Source: Patescibacteria group bacterium
Lineage (GTDB): Bacteria; Patescibacteriota; Minisyncoccia; UBA6257
Assembly: GCA_030917555.1 (NCBI GenBank)
Contig: JAUPUN010000001.1
Coordinates: 1 to 40,927, forward strand
Direction: 5' to 3'
DNA length: 40,927 nt
Below the pieces are notes generated by a model, which was not told the DNA's origin, made no database searches, and was given only the letters and a program-made list of their open reading frames with translations. Each line of letters starts with the position of its first letter. Position 1 is the stretch's first letter. This document shows positions 39,125-40,927 of the stretch, in pieces. The position numbers were made by a program, and so were the translations under genes.

Positions 39125-39286
39125 ATGGATTGGACTCAAATTTACCATAGTCTAATAGAGTTAATTAATAAAATTACCAATTCTGGAATTTGGTCTCAAT
39201 TGTTAGTAATTTTAAAGGCGCTTGTGAATTTTTTAATCGTGGTACTTGAAGCGTTAGTCACTTTTCTTAAAACTCTGGTGCAATAG
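39125..39286 (+). CDS. Small hydrophobic/amphipathic protein (53 aa), function unknown
   Basis: Absent from the ORF track. My translation is MDWTQIYHSLIELINKITNSGIWSQLLVILKALVNFLIVVLEALVTFLKTLVQ. It has a dedicated strong promoter. Whether it is really coding is unproven. Confidence 0.4.
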   Translation: MDWTQIYHSLIELINKITNSGIWSQLLVILKALVNFLIVVLEALVTFLKTLVQ

Positions 39287-39390
39287 GGGAGAATCTTCTA
39301 TTGATACATTTCTTTATTATTGTTATTATATTTTTAGTAACTTAAAAATATTTTTATTTTTAGAATTTATTTTAGAAAGGGAGGTGAATA

Positions 39391-39951
39391 ATGAAAACGG
39401 GAAGGATAGAAATAATCACCGGTTGTATGTTTTCTGGTAAAAGTGAAGAATTAATTCGGAGAATCAGGCGTTGTCAAATTGCCAAATTGAAGATTTTGGT
39501 TTTTAAACCAACTCTGGATACGAGATTTTCTTACCAGGAAATCGTCTCTCATAGCGGTCAAGCAGTGAAGGCTTTCTCAGTGGAAAATGCCCAAGTAATA
39601 GCTGAAATGGTTGGTAATTATCAAGTTATTGCTATCGATGAGGCGCAATTTTTCGATGAGACCTTAATTCCTTTAGTTAGACAATTAGCTAAAGAAGGGA
39701 AGCGAGTAATTCTGGCTGGTCTGGATATGGATTTTAGAGGAGAACCATTTGGTCCGATGCCACAGTTAATGGCTTTGGCTGATGAAGTGCTTAAATTAAC
39801 TGCCATTTGCTCGATCTGCGGTGAAGAAGCTAATATGACACAACGGTTGGTTAATGGCCAACCAGCACATTGGGGTGACCCCTTGATTGTAATTGGCGCA
39901 GAGGAGAAATATGAGGCTAGATGCAGAAAACATCACGTGGTCTTGCCTTAA
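39391..39951 (+). CDS. tdk: Thymidine kinase
   Basis: P-loop GCMFSGKSEEL, IAIDEAQFF, and the zinc site CSICGEEA...CRKHH. Preceded by the strong SD AAGGGAGGTG. Confidence 0.95.
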   Translation: MKTGRIEIITGCMFSGKSEELIRRIRRCQIAKLKILVFKPTLDTRFSYQEIVSHSGQAVKAFSVENAQVIAEMVGNYQVIAIDEAQFFDETLIPLVRQLAKEGKRVILAGLDMDFRGEPFGPMPQLMALADEVLKLTAICSICGEEANMTQRLVNGQPAHWGDPLIVIGAEEKYEARCRKHHVVLP

Positions 39952-39961
39952 ATTTATTTAT

Positions 39962-39988
39962 AAAAGGTCGGTCTTACCGACCTTTTTC
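39962..39988 (+). terminator. Intrinsic terminator after tdk
   Basis: Stem GGTCGG/CCGACC (39966-39971/39977-39982), loop TCTTA, T5 tail. Confidence 0.8.
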
Positions 39989-40003
39989 ATTAGGGAAGAG
40001 AGC

Positions 40004-40031
40004 TTGACAGGTTTCACAGACCCTGTATAAT
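40004..40031 (+). promoter_or_regulatory. Consensus promoter TTGACA-16-TATAAT facing the recombinase gene
   Basis: TTGACA at 40004-40009 and TATAAT at 40026-40031, read directly. Confidence 0.65.
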
Positions 40032-40113
40032 AAAAGAAGTTAACTTCGCATAATGTAGCTTTAGCGAAATTAGTCCTAGTATTTAATTAAAGAAATAACT
40101 CTTCCCTCTTTTT

Positions 40114-40927
40114 ATGAAAAAAAGTTCTCAGCCCATTATTGATTACTTACCAGAATTTTTTGAATATTTAGATTTAGAGAAAGGTTTAAGCCATAACAGT
40201 CAAATTACTTATAGCAGATTTTTAAATAAATTTGTCAAGTGGCTGAAAGAAACTAATCGTACTTCCCTCTTACCTCATGAATTAACTAGCGAAGAGATTT
40301 ATCAATATCGGGTTTACCTGGCAAAAACTTATAATCAAAATACTCAAGAACCATTAAAAAGGAGTTCTTTGAATTATTATCTTATTGCTTTACGTAACCT
40401 TTTAAATTATTTTGCAGAAAGAGATATTTTAGCTTTACCAGCCGAAAAAATAAAATTATTTCCAGAAAAGAAAGAAAAAAGTCTTAAATTTTTAAACCTA
40501 GAACAGATAGAAGAATTATTAAAAGCGCCGGATACTACTAATCTCATTGGTCTTCGTGATAAAGCAATTCTAGAAACTTTATTTTCTACTGGTTTAAGGG
40601 TGGCAGAATTAATAAGCCTCAATCGCAGCCAAATTAAGTTTACTAATTTAAATGAAGATTTAGAAGTAAACGTAATAGGTAAAGGTGGTCATTTACGGCC
40701 AGTCTATTTTTCTCCTCGAGCTCTAAAAGCTCTTAAAGATTATTTAGATAAGAGAACTGATGAAGAAGAAGCTTTATTTATAAGTTTTAAGGGTTCTGCT
40801 AGCAAAGACCATCGTCTTACTACTCGTTCGGTAGAAAATATTGTGAAAAAATATGTGGCTAAGGTAGGAATTTCTGTTCTAGCTACTCCTCATACTTTAC
40901 GTCACAGTTTTGCTACTGATTTATTAA
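40114..40927 (+). CDS. Tyrosine recombinase, XerC/XerD-like (3'-truncated by the window end)
   Basis: Absent from the ORF track because there is no stop codon in the window. Open from the ATG at 40114. SAM-like N-terminal domain (LEKGLSHNSQITYSRFLNKFVKWL), catalytic Arg box TGLRVAELISL, and HTLRHSFATDLL (HxxR) at the edge. Confidence 0.9.
   Translation, partial: MKKSSQPIIDYLPEFFEYLDLEKGLSHNSQITYSRFLNKFVKWLKETNRTSLLPHELTSEEIYQYRVYLAKTYNQNTQEPLKRSSLNYYLIALRNLLNYFAERDILALPAEKIKLFPEKKEKSLKFLNLEQIEELLKAPDTTNLIGLRDKAILETLFSTGLRVAELISLNRSQIKFTNLNEDLEVNVIGKGGHLRPVYFSPRALKALKDYLDKRTDEEEALFISFKGSASKDHRLTTRSVENIVKKYVAKVGISVLATPHTLRHSFATDLL

Noticed and set aside
39391-39951. My impression was that tdk is more GC-rich than its neighbours
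   Set aside because: A hand count of about 100 nt in tdk gave about 45 percent GC, but a similar count at the start of gltX gave about 48 percent. Spot counts therefore do not support a compositional anomaly, and a proper windowed GC or codon analysis is needed.
40407-40622. 71-aa minus-strand ORF
   Set aside because: It lies antisense inside the tyrosine recombinase ORF, which carries the RVAEL and HTLRHSFAT catalytic boxes.

Overview
This is an AT-rich, tightly packed, almost unidirectional bacterial chromosome segment: 43 of the 45 protein genes I call are on the + strand. Nearly all of it is housekeeping. It holds a CIRCE/HrcA heat-shock regulon (hrcA-grpE-dnaK, then dnaJ, and groES-groEL), rmuC, a CapA-like gene, lemA-htpX and tRNA-Ser(GGA). 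It also holds trxB-sufC-sufB/D, queA-tgt-queH-alaS-eno, a D-2-hydroxyacid dehydrogenase, a HIT protein and a processive-type GT2 synthase. The rest is the infA-rpmJ-rpsM-rpsK-rpsD-rpoA-rplQ-rplM-rpsI block, ftsW-murG, gltX, tdk and a tyrosine recombinase cut off by the window end. Three things fit a reduced Patescibacteria/CPR-like genome (inference, no search was possible): shortened proteins (229-aa HrcA, 594-aa AlaRS), an almost complete lack of Shine-Dalgarno sequences, and several membrane-anchored hypothetical proteins. I see no clear novel multigene system: no CRISPR array, no transposase, no recognisable defence or toxin cassette. The items most worth a second look are mostly non-coding. 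They are (1) a roughly 0.5-kb repeat- and hairpin-rich leader before hrcA with six GAGCGA copies and an orphan minus-strand terminator; (2) an inverted-repeat family (CCCTCACTTG[G]AAA) at the window start and just 3' of tRNA-Ser, where it encloses a nested multi-hairpin fold; (3) perfect palindromes in two spacers; (4) a consensus promoter bracketed by 9-bp inverted repeats next to the recombinase; and (5) a Cys-motif membrane/helical protein pair behind trxB-suf. All functional readings of these are hypotheses.
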